A stretch of DNA of 64,000 nucleotides from Tubulanus polymorphus (GCF_964204645.1 NC_134034.1:9250962-9314961), one strand, 5' to 3'. Shown: positions 1 to 11,819, numbered from the stretch's first letter. Numbers and translations: made by a program. Notes: generated from the letters alone by a model not told the origin.

Positions 1-144
1 TGAGTTACATAAACTTACATTTACTAATTTTAAATCAACACAATTCTTAAATTCTCTATCTAATTGTACTAGTAAATTATGTGATTTATAATTTGTAAGT
101 CTTCTTGAATCAAAAAATATTCTATATTCTTTTAATTCTACCAT
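1..144 (-). CDS. Partial ORF resembling the N-terminus of a Polinton/virophage minor capsid (penton) protein
   Basis: Manual translation MVELKEYRIFFDSRRLTNYKSHNLLVQLDREFKNCVDLKLVNVSLCNS; pattern I-x-x-DSR...L...KN...L....NS; starts at TAAATG; not in the ORF track. Confidence 0.5.
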   Translation of the reverse strand, partial: MVELKEYRIFFDSRRLTNYKSHNLLVQLDREFKNCVDLKLVNVSLCNS

Positions 145-161
145 TTATTTTACATATTTTC

Positions 162-516
162 TTATTCGACATCTATTTCATGGTGCCCTTTTTTATTCTT
201 ACCTGTGTATATGAAATAGAAATCACCTGAACATAATTCTTCTGAATCTTCACTTGATAATCTATGAAATCTATCTGGTAAATATGTTCTGAATTTATAT
301 TTATTTCCTTTTAATCCTTCATATTCTAACTGGATAACTAATTTACTACCATATCTATTAGTAACTGTATCAATATTTGCAATTAGATATTTCTTATGAA
401 TTGTTAATTCTGTTAACTTCTTAAATTTATAATCTACTGATTTATCATTTGTAGTATATTTTTATTCTATCTAGAAATGATCTGTTGTTCTCACTGTGTA
501 CTTGTTTATTCTCCAT
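162..516 (-). pseudogene. Frameshifted small virus-like ORF (possibly OB-fold)
   Basis: MENKQVHSENNRSFLDRIK then, after a frameshift, ...FKKLTELTIHKKYLIANIDTVTNRYGSKLVIQLEY...FRTYLPDRFHRLS...FIYTGKNKKGHHEIDVE*; TATAAATG start. Confidence 0.55.
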
Positions 517-626
517 TTATAATACATATTTTAATTAAAATTGATTTTAGAAGTTATGAGATTAATATTTTTAGAGTAATAGGAAATAAGTTGTTAAAGG
601 TTGAGAGGGATTCATAATATGAATAT

Positions 627-1245
627 AATACCCTCTCTGTCTTTATTGACTTTAGTAGTTTTAGTACTTTTAGTACATAAAGAATAAATCTTTATATTAT
701 CAATACTTTAAAAATAAAATAGAACTACTAAACTCCTAAAGAGATAAAGACATAAATATATATATTACTGTTTCAATAATAATATTTATTCATCTGATGG
801 ATTTTATATTACTGTTCCAATAATAATATTTATTTATCACACATATTTATTATATATTACTGTTTCAATAATGATTAATATCATAGATTTATCATGTATA
901 AAAATTATTTATATATTTATGTTTCTAAGTACTAATAAAATAAAGATATATTCTTTATGTACTAAAAGTACTAAAGATAATAAAGACATAACAAACACAC
1001 ATAGATTTATCATATATATTTGATTCAGTAATAAATATCATAGATTTATTTATCTCACAGATTTATTATATATATTTGATTCAGTAATGATAAATCTATA
1101 TGTGTTTGTTGTGACTCTATTGTTTTTATTGTCTTTAGTAGTTTAGTAGTTTTAAACATAATTTTATTCAGTACTGATAAAATAAAGATTCTTTATTCTT
1201 TGTGTACTAAAAGTACTAAAGATAATAAAGACACAAGGAGGTATT
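627..1245. repeat. Non-coding imperfect inverted repeat with an extra internal arm copy
   Basis: 627-770 (TTTAGTACTTTTAGTACATAAAGAATAAATCTTTA) is the reverse complement of 1100-1245 (...GTACTAAAAGTACTAAAGATAATAAAGAC); a third copy lies at about 925-995. Confidence 0.75.
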
Positions 1246-1270
1246 AATTTGAAATAGTTTCTATAATATT

Positions 1271-1480
1271 TCAAATTTTATTTTATAAATTTATATTCAT
1301 AGGGAAATTGAAGCCTCAGAAGTAATTTTGAACCTTTATTATTCTTTAATTTATTCATATATTCATCATGTAATTCAGTAGGTATAATTTGATTTTCTTC
1401 CAATGTTTGTTGCATAGATTTTCTATCTTTGTTATAAAATAAAACTAAAAATCTCATAATATATTAATATCATCACTCAT
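1271..1480 (-). pseudogene. Degenerate small ORF of the virus-like element
   Basis: TAAATG start (MSDDINIL*), then FYNKDRKSMQQTLEENQIIPTELHDEYMNKLK...YKFIKNKI* in another frame. Confidence 0.35.
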
Positions 1481-1496
1481 TTATTTTAGTTAATTT

Positions 1497-2081
1497 TTAT
1501 TCTGATTTATTTTCTGTTTTACCGTGTGGGGGTCGTACGACACCATCTGTTTCGTTCTTACCTGATTTATATTCTATAGGCTTGATATTCGAAAATGTTA
1601 TGACACCAGTAGAAATTAATGTCATAACCGATCCTAATTGGAATGAAGCGTATCCAACCAATTTTTGTAATTCAGTTATAACTAAGTAGTCAATTTTTAA
1701 ATCAACATATAATTCATTTTCATCATCAATTGGTATAATCCGTTTACATAATTTTGAATAACATTTGACAATACCATCAGAAATAGAATCATTTATTCGG
1801 GCCAATCTTGACTCTTCATAAATCTTAAAATATTTTATTACTTTATCTGGTTTCATAGCATCTAGTTCTTGATAAGTTACAATTTTTCCCAAGAATTCTT
1901 TAGATTTCCCTCCGGCAATTAGTAATTCAAGATGGTGCTTACAATATAAGTAGTATTCATAATCAATATTGTTATCAACTTGAGCACAAGTAGTTACAAC
2001 TGCATCATTATTGCCAGTAATGCCCAAATCTTCAATTGTCTTTTCAATATCAGCATTATTTTTACTCGATTTCTTTAACAT
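1497..2081 (-). CDS. Uncharacterised 194-aa protein resembling a Polinton/adintovirus-associated family
   Basis: Intact ORF with TATATAAATG start; motif LIAGGKSKEFLGK..T..ELD.M....V.KYFKIYE and C-terminal hydrophobic LGSVMTLISTGVITF. Confidence 0.6.
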   Translation of the reverse strand: MLKKSSKNNADIEKTIEDLGITGNNDAVVTTCAQVDNNIDYEYYLYCKHHLELLIAGGKSKEFLGKIVTYQELDAMKPDKVIKYFKIYEESRLARINDSISDGIVKCYSKLCKRIIPIDDENELYVDLKIDYLVITELQKLVGYASFQLGSVMTLISTGVITFSNIKPIEYKSGKNETDGVVRPPHGKTENKSE

Positions 2082-2320
2082 TTATATAAGAGAAAAAAGC
2101 GAAAAAAAATATAAGTATTAAATGATACTAATAACTCTTTAGGTTAATACTAAATTGACTAGGTTAGTTAAAGTTAAAGAATTTTTATTCAAACCCATTC
2201 AAAATCTATTTAATCTAGTGTTAACAAGAATGCAAAAGAAAATATTAAAAATATAATAGAAATAATGGATAGTTGAAGTTATTGTTTTTTTATTATATTT
2301 CATTTGAATTCCATTATTCT

Positions 2321-3025
2321 TTAACCACTTATTAAAGACTCAGCGTATTGTTCATTATTTGGATCATTGTTCCATAATTCAATAAATTTCTTTGCTTTAT
2401 CCAGTTGATCCAAATATAACCGTAAATCTAGTTTATTAGATTTAATTATATTTTCTTTCTTTTCTAAAGGTCTTAAATTCTGCCAGCTCCAGATTAGTTT
2501 CTGATTGTGTTCATCATTCATGTTGAATTTAGATATTGGTAAAACGTGATCAATATGAAAATAATCTCCATAATTATCTATATTCATTTCACCATTAAAC
2601 TGATATATTATCCATGATTTAAAAAATTTATCTGAACAATCCAATAAATGTGCTAGTGTAACTGAATGGTTTTCTTTAATGAATAATTGTGATAATCTAT
2701 TTCTCAAACATTGTTTCAATTTAAGATTAAGATCTGTTTGATATCTTTCTTTTCGATAAATCTTATCGTACACTTTAATATGTTCTCGATTATTTTCTCT
2801 CCATTGTTTACCTTTTTCTTTACATTTTTCTGGATTATTTGCCCGATATTGTTTATTATTCTGTTTCCAACATGTTTTACAAATATTTCGTAAACCATCT
2901 TTCAGAGTTTTATTATTATAATAATCTGTAAATGGCTTACTTTTTTCACATTCACAACATTTCTTATGATAAATATTAACAACACTATTTGTAATATTGA
3001 TAGTTTGTAGTTGTTCTGGTTCCAT
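2321..3025 (-). CDS. HNH-type endonuclease with N-terminal Cys zinc ribbon (large DNA virus type)
   Basis: CxxC...CKxC N-terminus; HIDHVLP...NLRPL...NIIKSNK HNH motif. Confidence 0.8.
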   Translation of the reverse strand: MEPEQLQTINITNSVVNIYHKKCCECEKSKPFTDYYNNKTLKDGLRNICKTCWKQNNKQYRANNPEKCKEKGKQWRENNREHIKVYDKIYRKERYQTDLNLKLKQCLRNRLSQLFIKENHSVTLAHLLDCSDKFFKSWIIYQFNGEMNIDNYGDYFHIDHVLPISKFNMNDEHNQKLIWSWQNLRPLEKKENIIKSNKLDLRLYLDQLDKAKKFIELWNNDPNNEQYAESLISG

Positions 3026-3104
3026 TTTAATACTAATTTTTTTATTAAAATTGATTTTAGAAGTTATTCATTTATATGTTATTGATATATATGAATATTT
3101 TAAG

Positions 3105-3246
3105 AGTAATAGGGATAATGGTTAAAGGTTGAAGGGGCGAGTGAGTAAAAAATGAAAAATAAATTCGAGCGTGCGAGAATTTATTTTTTATTTTTATGAG
3201 CTCGACCGTTCGACCTTTGGCTTGAAACCCTATTATCCCTATTACT
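3105..3246. repeat. Terminal hairpin of the virus-like element
   Basis: AGTAATAGGGATAAT...AAATAAATTC-GAGCGTGCGA-GAATTTATTT...ATTATCCCTATTACT. Confidence 0.85.
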
Positions 3247-3283
3247 AATACGTAACGGTAAGAATATAAACGGCATCCTTTAG

Positions 3284-4146
3284 ATACTTCAACGGCGCCG
3301 AGACAATAGGCTTAAGGCGCTCGAACCGAGCCAAGCTGGGATAGAGTGGTACATCCAGGTGCTTGTATCATTGATATTTATAATGGTTAGTAATTTGTAT
3401 CATTTACACCTCAGTCATTAGTTCAATTGGCATGTATATTTTTAAAACCTGAATGATCAATAGTTTCACCCCATTTTTGTGTCCATTTTTTAAAGGTTAC
3501 CAACCTATTTTTTCAGATATAAAAGATGTCGACTTTTCATCTCATGCAGGGATTCTGTTGCACGTCGGTACAAACAATTTGGCAACAGACCGACCCATCG
3601 AGGTTTACTTCAAGGAAATGGAAATGCATTTGAAATTGCTGCAATACAAAGTGCAAAACGATTGTGTCGTAGGTGTTTCGGGTGTAACTTATCGCTGTGA
3701 TGAGTAAGTATTATGGGTTTTTTGGGTTTTGTCAAAACTCAACTTAATAACTATGATTTTTTTAATGATTTTTTCAAGATATAACATGTTATGTTTTCTT
3801 TCATTTGCATTTCATCATGTTGTTTCATGTTTTATGTCATGCAAATTTCAGCGAAGACGTAATGCTGAAGCGTGGTGATTTCAATATCATGTTGAATAAC
3901 CTCTGTACACAATTCAATTTTCCCTATACCGAATTTAAGCTTGATGATCAGCATTTGTCGATGTAAGTATGAAAAGCCTACAATAAGGTCTTAATCCTCA
4001 TGTTTGCAATGACTTTTTTATCATGGTCATCTTACTTAATAAATCATGGAATATGCTATGCATTGTGCTGTCGTTTCAGAAGGACTGTCTGCCTCCTAAC
4101 AAAGAAGGAAATCTTAACCTGAGCAATCAAATAACCGATGTTATGG
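3284..4146 (+). pseudogene. Intron-containing SGNH/GDSL hydrolase-like domain, 5'-truncated
   Basis: Exons near 3517-3704 (ILLHVGTNNL block), 3852-3962 (FNIMLNNLC) and 4080-4146 (KDCLPPNKEG, a degenerate DxxH block); GT-AG boundaries. Confidence 0.6.
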
Positions 4147-5748
4147 TTGACAATATATTTCCTCCATATAGGTATGGTCGAATTATAATCGGTTGCTATA
4201 CATGGCGCAAATATGAAAAATGATTAACACCGGTATTTATCTCAATGAAAAAAATGAATTAGATTTCAGTGAAAGAAACAGCTTTTTCATGTATCAACTG
4301 GAAAACTTATGAAAAACTTAGATTATGTCGAGAAAGTCGAAGACGTTGAAGGCAGTCCAGGTTTGTCTTTCAAATTAGAATCAATTTCCAAGATGGTACC
4401 ACCGTGAGTGTTGAGTGTGTTTGCAGTGACAGTGTCTACTTTTTTACAGCCAGCTCATTATACACTCACTGGAAAAACAACCCCACTTCGAATACACTCA
4501 CTGGAAAAACAACCCCACTTCGAAAATGTACAGTTAAGCAGCAACACGATTTCAAGGAAAAGCATCATGCCAAAAGTTGTGACATAGTGTTTCAGGTAGG
4601 CTTTATTCAGTGTCAAAGTTATTAAAATTCAGGAAAATAAAATGTCGTAGTTGCTGAGAAACTTAGTTCTTTTTCAGGGATATATACTTTTTGTGTCAGA
4701 TGATATAGCAGTTATTGTAGATTATGGGTATTGTAGATTATGGGAATGTCAACCCTATCTTCTATAAGGTAGGCTATAGCTTTACCATCGTCGTTTCTGT
4801 TGAAATATATTATGTTTCATGATGGTATGAAAAGAATACATCATAATTATTATTTATAAATGTGCTTAATGTATCACTCCGAATATTTATTCATAGGAGG
4901 AATAGAAAGATAAGTATCAGACTTCTTGAAATCCACTTCTTCCTATTGTGAAATATTACATGCACGTATCATTAATCACAATGATCTGATAGTACATAAA
5001 CCCTTCCCTTGGATAAACTCCTCTTATTCCAGATGATTATTTCTTGACCAGATGTCTAACATTACACAGAAATTGGATTTATATTTAGATTCGGTAATAT
5101 TGAGATTGCCAAATATCTGACTTAAGAGGATATGCTCAGAATAACAGTGAAATAATCAATCCGTTCTCCGTATACTCTGTCCAACTAACAAGTTTCCAGT
5201 GTATGGCGAATTTAGATGCATAAATGTGTCAATTATTTACCAAGCTCTATTGCGATCTATTCTTATCCGTTACAATGCTATATTTCTTGATATCTCTATA
5301 ATTGCTTTCTATTTAATATATTTACATGCTAAGATGCACTTTGTTAATAAACTCATCGTGGGCATGGCTTTTTCACTCTTTCTGCACTGAAAATGTTTTT
5401 TTATATGGTCCACCAAGGACTGGTAAGTAAACAGTTATGTCGTGTTGTGTTTTGGTGGTGGAAATGAGAACTCAACCCATAACCCACTAGATAGCATGTG
5501 TATCAATAGGACAACTTGGTCAAAGTTTATTTCATTTGAATGAACTTTCATCCAGTTTTTAGCCTCCCAATTCAGAAGCAAATGGTTATAAATTTGTGGC
5601 TAATCAGTGTTGTTGAATTTTTGGTTGCTTGGTCTTTTCCTGTACATATCTTCTTGTCTGCTTTATTTAGGTTCTTTAGAAAGACGCTTGCAAAAAAGAA
5701 AGTAAGCAGTGAAAGAAAAATACCGGTTAAAAGCCGCCTCGTATAGAA

Positions 5749-8700
5749 ATGGATGATGCTTGCTATATTGATAATATTAGTTGTCCATGGTGTGATGCTG
5801 TAGTGGTAGGTGAAAATGCATTTCTGGACCATGTGATAACTTACCATATTCCTACATGGCAGTGTGAAAGAAATGACGACCCATGTTGTAATGATTCCGT
5901 TTATAAAACCGGATGAGGAGATAATGTTAGTTTGCATGATTACACGCGTGGTAGTTGTGAAGGAATTAATTTTGAGACTGTGCCTCGAAATGTTAAGATC
6001 TGCTATCAATCTTGTAAACCCGATGAGAAATTCTCAGTAATTGATTAACCAATTCTGCCACCTCTTTCAGTTATTGAAAAATGTATAGTTAAGCTAGCCA
6101 GGCTAAATTCTCCTACAAAACAGAGAGACGAAAAATTTTGTGTCAAATTTTATGGTAGTCATGATTACTGTATTGGTTCATATGATTTTACTTCTCTAGA
6201 AGAAGCTAAACTACTGTTTTGTAATAAAAGTATAGGTGCTTCCGTGAGTGCTAAAAAAAATTGGTTTTTAGATGATTCTCGAAATGTCAGTCGTGAAAAT
6301 ACCATTATCAACCAAACAATTGCTGATTTCATGAGACTTATTCATGATCATTCTCCTAATATGGTTGACCCTGTTTTCAATACCAATCTTCTGGTTGAAG
6401 AACTGGCAACTATTCCAAGGCAGTATTGGCTAAGTAATTGGGTACTTTCCTATTTTGGTGATATTCTTACTGGAACAGTGCTTAATATCCATGTTGCATC
6501 AGTCTACTTAACTTCAATGACTCATTTCCCTATCATGATCCATCGGTTGTTACGTAGATATGAATCTGTACTTAATGCCCATTTAATTTTCCATTTTCTT
6601 GTAAGATATAATGAGGATGGTACAACCTCCATGTAAGGTGGTAATTATTTTTTGCCGTCTATTCAATAAGAAATAACGAACTCTTTATTTGTTGACACGA
6701 CTGGTTGTAGTATCCCTGAAATATTTTCTACAAATCTAGATAAAGGTTTGAAATTGTATGAACGTGATCCTATGACCGTAACTGTTTTCAATGACAATGA
6801 TTTTGATGGTAGAGATATTTATGTGGATTTTCACAACACTGTCTTTGATGATAGCTTCATCAGATGTGATGGGAATAGATCATTTTTGCTTAAATAGTGC
6901 CATAGTCCAGATGTGTCTCAAAAATATGGATCAGACCATATCTGCTCGTTACTTTGCAAAACGAATTACATGTTACAGACATGTTCATCTGTTTGCGGAG
7001 TTGCAGCTATAATTGGCATGGCAATCGCAGTGCTTGATCCTGAGCTATTTACAGCCATGACTGATTTTTCTATGGGTGCTACATTCCAAAATGAATTTGG
7101 ACATTTCCGTACAGTATCATATTTGAAAAATATTTCTGTTTATTCAGACTACCTAAGAAAAGTCTTAATTATCTGGCTCATCGAAGGGATTGATCTCCAA
7201 TTGATTTATCAAAAACACCAAAATGACCTTTGTAGCTCCACGCCTTTTCCTCAAACTTTTGTTGGTAAAACTATTCAACATGATTATTCTGATGATTATG
7301 CTGATGATTTTGTTGAAAATCCAATCGATACCTGCTAAAAATGTTTGCCTTGGTAAGTCTTCACAACGTACGAAATCAAATAGAAACAGTAAACAGCAAC
7401 CTGAATTTGATACTGAATCAATTAATGAATATCTCTTAAGCAGAACTCGCTTACAAAGAAAGAATATTCATTTTCTTTTAAAGTTAGATTTAGATTCAGT
7501 TTCAAAGATTTTTAAAGGTTCGGAATCAAATGTAACTGAAGTGGTTCAAAAAATGTTTAAGTGGTCCTACTGTAAAACAATGGATATTATCCAATTTATA
7601 TGATAAACATAGCACCCCCAAAAAATGCATCTAAAAAGAATTGGTGAAAGGAATTGAATGTTCCCTCTGATTTAATAACATATTTTTCCCATAATCCGGA
7701 TTTATGCTTTTTGATGAAACGTAAGGTTTTAAGATTACGTTTTCAAATAGGGCCTATAACACTGAATTACAAATTTAAATCCCAGTCAGATCAATTTTAT
7801 TCAAATGCTATTGAACAAATTAAGTCATTCATTCAAAGCTGCAAGTTCAGGGAAGATGTAATTACAAAAGTCAGTGAAAACTCCACTGAAACCAAATGAA
7901 ACAATTCCTATCCATACTTCCAAAACTATCTATGAGTTGATATCAGGAAAACCTAGATTTATTCAAAAACCAAATACTATTATATTACAAGTTACCCTAA
8001 AAGATGGCAAGGTACTACACAAGTCATTTTCTTGTGCTTCATTACTAGATTCTAAAACTGAGGTAATGGATGAAATAAATTTGTTTTTGGATAGTCCGGT
8101 TGCTATTGATTGGGTTAAAAAAGCTTGTGGCAAGTCAGTAGGTTCGAATTTTGATACAAATCGCCATGAATCTGAATGGATTGAGGAAGGCACTGTGGGT
8201 TGGGAATGAAACTAAAAAGTATTTTGATAAGATTCCTTTTGATTTTACAAAACGTCTCATAATTATAAAGGGGATTGAATCTCGATACAATTCAAATCAG
8301 GATACTGTTAAGGTTTCTGTCGTTAACAATATAAATTGGGGGAAAATTCATCGATTTGATGAGAAATACTATACATCTGATGATTCCTCCAATAACAGAT
8401 TATCCTGCTGTTCTTATGTGTATAAACTGTTCATCCCAATCTTCCCAGTGTTGGTACAAATGTGGTGCACTTCTTTCAAGCATCCAAGTGGATTCTTCTA
8501 TTTCTAATCGTCCTGCAATTTACTTGCAATTATAAAAGTGTGTAGTCATTGCTCTACAAAATCAACTTTTCATCCATTACCTCAGATAACTAGACGAATG
8601 AAGCATGTTGACAAGCATTTGATTATGAGAGCAATGACCCCTCAAGATGAAAATCCACTTTTAGGCTCCGATTGGCGTAATACTAAAAAGATTTTCGAAG

Positions 8701-9855
8701 CCAATTTTGATTCTGTTCTGCTTTTTCAGCGTGGTAACCAAAATTGAGGAAGGGAGTATTTGATTATTCTAAGTAAAACGATTGTTTAGTATATCTACGT
8801 AAATATGGTAAGCATATATTAGGTTTAGATGTGAAACATGACTTCATGTCAGCTAGGTATAAAACGGCATTTATCACATTTGCTGACGAAAACAACAGCG
8901 GCCGCTTAGGAGCAGTTTCAATTTCAAAAAAAGAAGATAGTACTTTTCATGCCATAACATTACAAATTATCATTGCTAATATACCATGCAATGATAAAAA
9001 ATGCAGTCATCCAGTTGAATTCTATTTCTTCAATGATGGTAATGGCTTTTTCCAGATTAGGCCCTGTTCTTTTAATAGTCCTATACACCCCAGAATTCAG
9101 CATGATAAGGATGACGGCATGCGAGCCGGTGTAGCGGAAACTAGTCTATCTAGTGTCCTTTGTAATTTTCATTCTTTGCAAGCTTATCGACGCCATCTTA
9201 ATGAAAACCCTCATCTTAAATGTTTGCTCCGTCCACTTGAAACAGGTTTTAAACGTATCACGCGTGCATGGGATGAAAGTTCCAAATTGAATTTGATAGA
9301 TAACTATTTATATTTTATAAAGAAAATATCTCCCTCACTTTTAAGTGAAAAGACAAAGGATAAACTTGCCCATTATTTGAAAACATATTGGTTTAATTCA
9401 GACTGGTCTAAATCATTTACTGCTATCCCACTTTATGTAACTCACCGGTATGACCGGTGAAATCCTCTACTTATAACGGACAATATCAGAGAGCGTATAT
9501 TTCGTGATGTGTATGATACCTATTTTGGTGGTCATTTAAACAAGCTCATGGCCAATTTGATTATTCGACTTCTAGATAATGTATTAGAAGACAATTTGAA
9601 ATATTGTAGAAACCTTTCCACAGCATCATTCTTAAGAAGGAAGGGAAATATTCTTAAAAAGTCTTAGGAGATTCAAAAGATTTCGAGGGCATTGAATATT
9701 GTAGAAAAGGTGTGTTTTTTTATGAACAATCTTGCTGGGCACTAGTTTCAAGTGATTCAGTAAAAGCTATTTCAATTGGTCAAATTTATCTTACAGACCA
9801 ATCAAACCTTGAGGCCGATGAAGTTGATAAGCTTTTCACTCCATCAAGCAATGTG
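5749..9855 (+). pseudogene. Degenerate MULE-like transposase ORF with upstream C2H2, PWWP-like and Ulp1 (C48) protease regions
   Basis: Reading through stops and frameshifts: CPWC..HVITYH; VKFYGSHDY; WLSN...GGNYF...FVDT...LQTCSSVCGV; then DVKHD...QHDKD...LCNFH...YLKTYW...TDNIRE (DDE with CxxH). Confidence 0.65.
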
Positions 9856-10330
9856 AGTAATAGGGAAAGTAGGGGTTCAAGCCAGAGGTCGAGAGGTCGA
9901 GCTCATAAAAAAAATAAAAAAATAAATTCTCGTACACTCGAATTTATTTTTTTATTTTTTTTATGAGCTCAACCTCTCGACCTCTGACTTGAACCCCTAC
10001 TTTCCCTATTACTCTTAAAATATTCATATGTATATACGAATAACATATAAATGAATAACTTTTAAAATCAATTTTAATAAAAAATTTAGTATTAAAATGG
10101 AAGCAAATAAATTCTACTGTTCAACATGTAAAATCAATATAGATAAATCTCAAAAAGCAAGACACAATATAACTAAAATACATTTAGAGAATAAATTAAA
10201 GTTAAAATATAAAGATGATATATTAGAAACTAAATTAGATGAATTAAAGAATGAAAAAGAAACATACAAATGTGATATGTGTAATCAATCATTCAGTGAT
10301 AAAAAATATTATAAAGGACATGGTTAAAGC
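9856..10330 (+). mobile_element. Second copy of the hairpin-ended virus-like element (terminus, promoter, truncated ORF)
   Basis: Near-perfect 158-bp hairpin at 9856-10013. Segment 10004-10100 matches the reverse complement of 3022-3115. Confidence 0.8.
10097..10327 (+). CDS. Truncated C2H2 zinc-finger ORF
   Basis: FYCSTC...RHNITKIH and YKCDMC...; preceded by TTAAAATG. Confidence 0.55.
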   Translation: MEANKFYCSTCKINIDKSQKARHNITKIHLENKLKLKYKDDILETKLDELKNEKETYKCDMCNQSFSDKKYYKGHG

Positions 10331-10449
10331 AAAGATATTTGTTGAATTATGGAATAGTATTTCACAGAATCAACCGCATTCTGAGCTTTTAATCAGTGGT
10401 TAGAAAACCGGCAATTCTATTTGAGCCTTGTATGTATATAATACATAGC

Positions 10450-11819
10450 TTTTGCTTACATTAATGAGGTGCAATCACAAGATTTTTCCGTGCGTCCAGC
10501 CCTTGCCGATCGTCCTACAAGGGTAAGACGTATGCCTGAACGGTTTGCTGACTATCAGGTTGGCGCTTTAACGGTAGGTCCTTCGTGGCAACAGAAGCTG
10601 GATACTTTGTTACTGGCAAGCAAAGATGCTTCGATAAGCGGAAAACCGACTCTGTTGGCAGCGGTCTTGAAACTGTGTGAATAAGTATTTTTAAAATGTC
10701 ATCAAATGTCCGGGTTATTGAAACATGTATATCCATTATTTATCCAGTATATCCATTATTTTGCGTTGTGCGTTTTAATTCATTTTGGGTTTTTTTTTCT
10801 TGTCTCTTCATTTTCGTGATGTCTATAAGATGAAGTCGTGTATTACGACAAATTCTTTGAAGCTACGTCGCTTCTTATGTGTTTATTTATCTCGATCTGG
10901 GGACAGATTTTCTTTGGAAGGGTGGTGTAGATATGCCGGGTCTTTCAATATATATATATTAATTTATGTGTGTGATGTAAGTTACACGCATGTATGTGAA
11001 ACTTGGTGTAAAGTTTGAAGTGAATTTTTTTTAGAATTAGTGTTATAAATAACTGTGGGAGTGGTTTGGATTTTGTTTATGTAAATTCTATTAAGTCACT
11101 AGTAATTAAGAGCGTGTAGTTGTTCTTGGTCGGTAATCTGTGGTTTTTTTTAATGATTTCTCGCTGCGTTCCGTCCATCTGGAAGGTTGGGAATTTTAGA
11201 AAATATTAGATTGCTTAAACGACATCCTGTTTATGTCACTTATTTCGGGGACGAAAGTTCTTGACGTTAAGGGAGGGTGTTGCCGGGCTGTTTATTCGGC
11301 GGTATAATTGATAGCCTCCGTTCGGTGCTGCCATCTTCATGGTCTGCATATAGTTTGAAGTCTTGGCGGGAACAGTGTTAGTTTGTTGGCGGTCGCCTTC
11401 CAGGCAACCACTCTGTGAAATATATGTTGATTTGATTTACACTGTTCCCGCAGGTAAGAAAGCTTCGTATGATTCTGACTTAATTATTTAGCATGTGTAA
11501 TATTTATTGGTTAGTTTGTTGGCGGTCGCCTTCCAGGCAACCACTCTGTGAAATATATGTTGATTTGATTTACACTGTTCCCGCAGGTCTTTCGTTGTTG
11601 TTTAATGTTGGTTGGTGGAGTGGACCTCCGGACAGACGAGGCATATACAGGATTTGCAAGAAAGCCCCGTCACATTGCATCACAAAAAGCCCCTAACTTG
11701 ACTTCAGGTGAAGAGAAGGGACTTTTCCTATTAAATAAAAAAGACAAAGCAAGAATAAGTCGTATTTCCTTCAAACGACAATCAACTACGATCATCCGAT
11801 AAAGTTAAATTCCGCCACA
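10450..11819 (+). mobile_element. 3' end of a Gypsy-like LTR retrotransposon with LTR at about 11278-11819
   Basis: Integrase-tail motif RPTRVRRMPERFADY; purine tract AAGGGAGGG directly before TGTTGCCGG; end CCGCCACA; AATAAA at about 11733. Confidence 0.65.

Larger units (their letters stand above)
1..3246 (-). mobile_element. Polinton/Maverick-like (virus-like) element, terminal part; continues beyond the window start
   Basis: Very AT-rich block of closely spaced intronless minus-strand ORFs with TAAATG/TAAAATG starts. Ends in ...CCCTATTACT (3237-3246) within a terminal hairpin also found at 9856 and 46556. Confidence 0.75.

Noticed and set aside
537-3054. Mimivirus early promoter AAAATTGA at about 537 and 3047
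   Set aside because: It lies on the strand opposite the adjacent ORFs and is likely by chance in AT-rich DNA; only the larger shared cassette is reported.
3247-9855. A composite transposon bounded by the hairpins at 3246 and 9856
   Set aside because: The promoter and gene sides of both hairpins face away from this interval and the flanks (AATACGT, CAATGTG) do not match, so they look like separate insertions.
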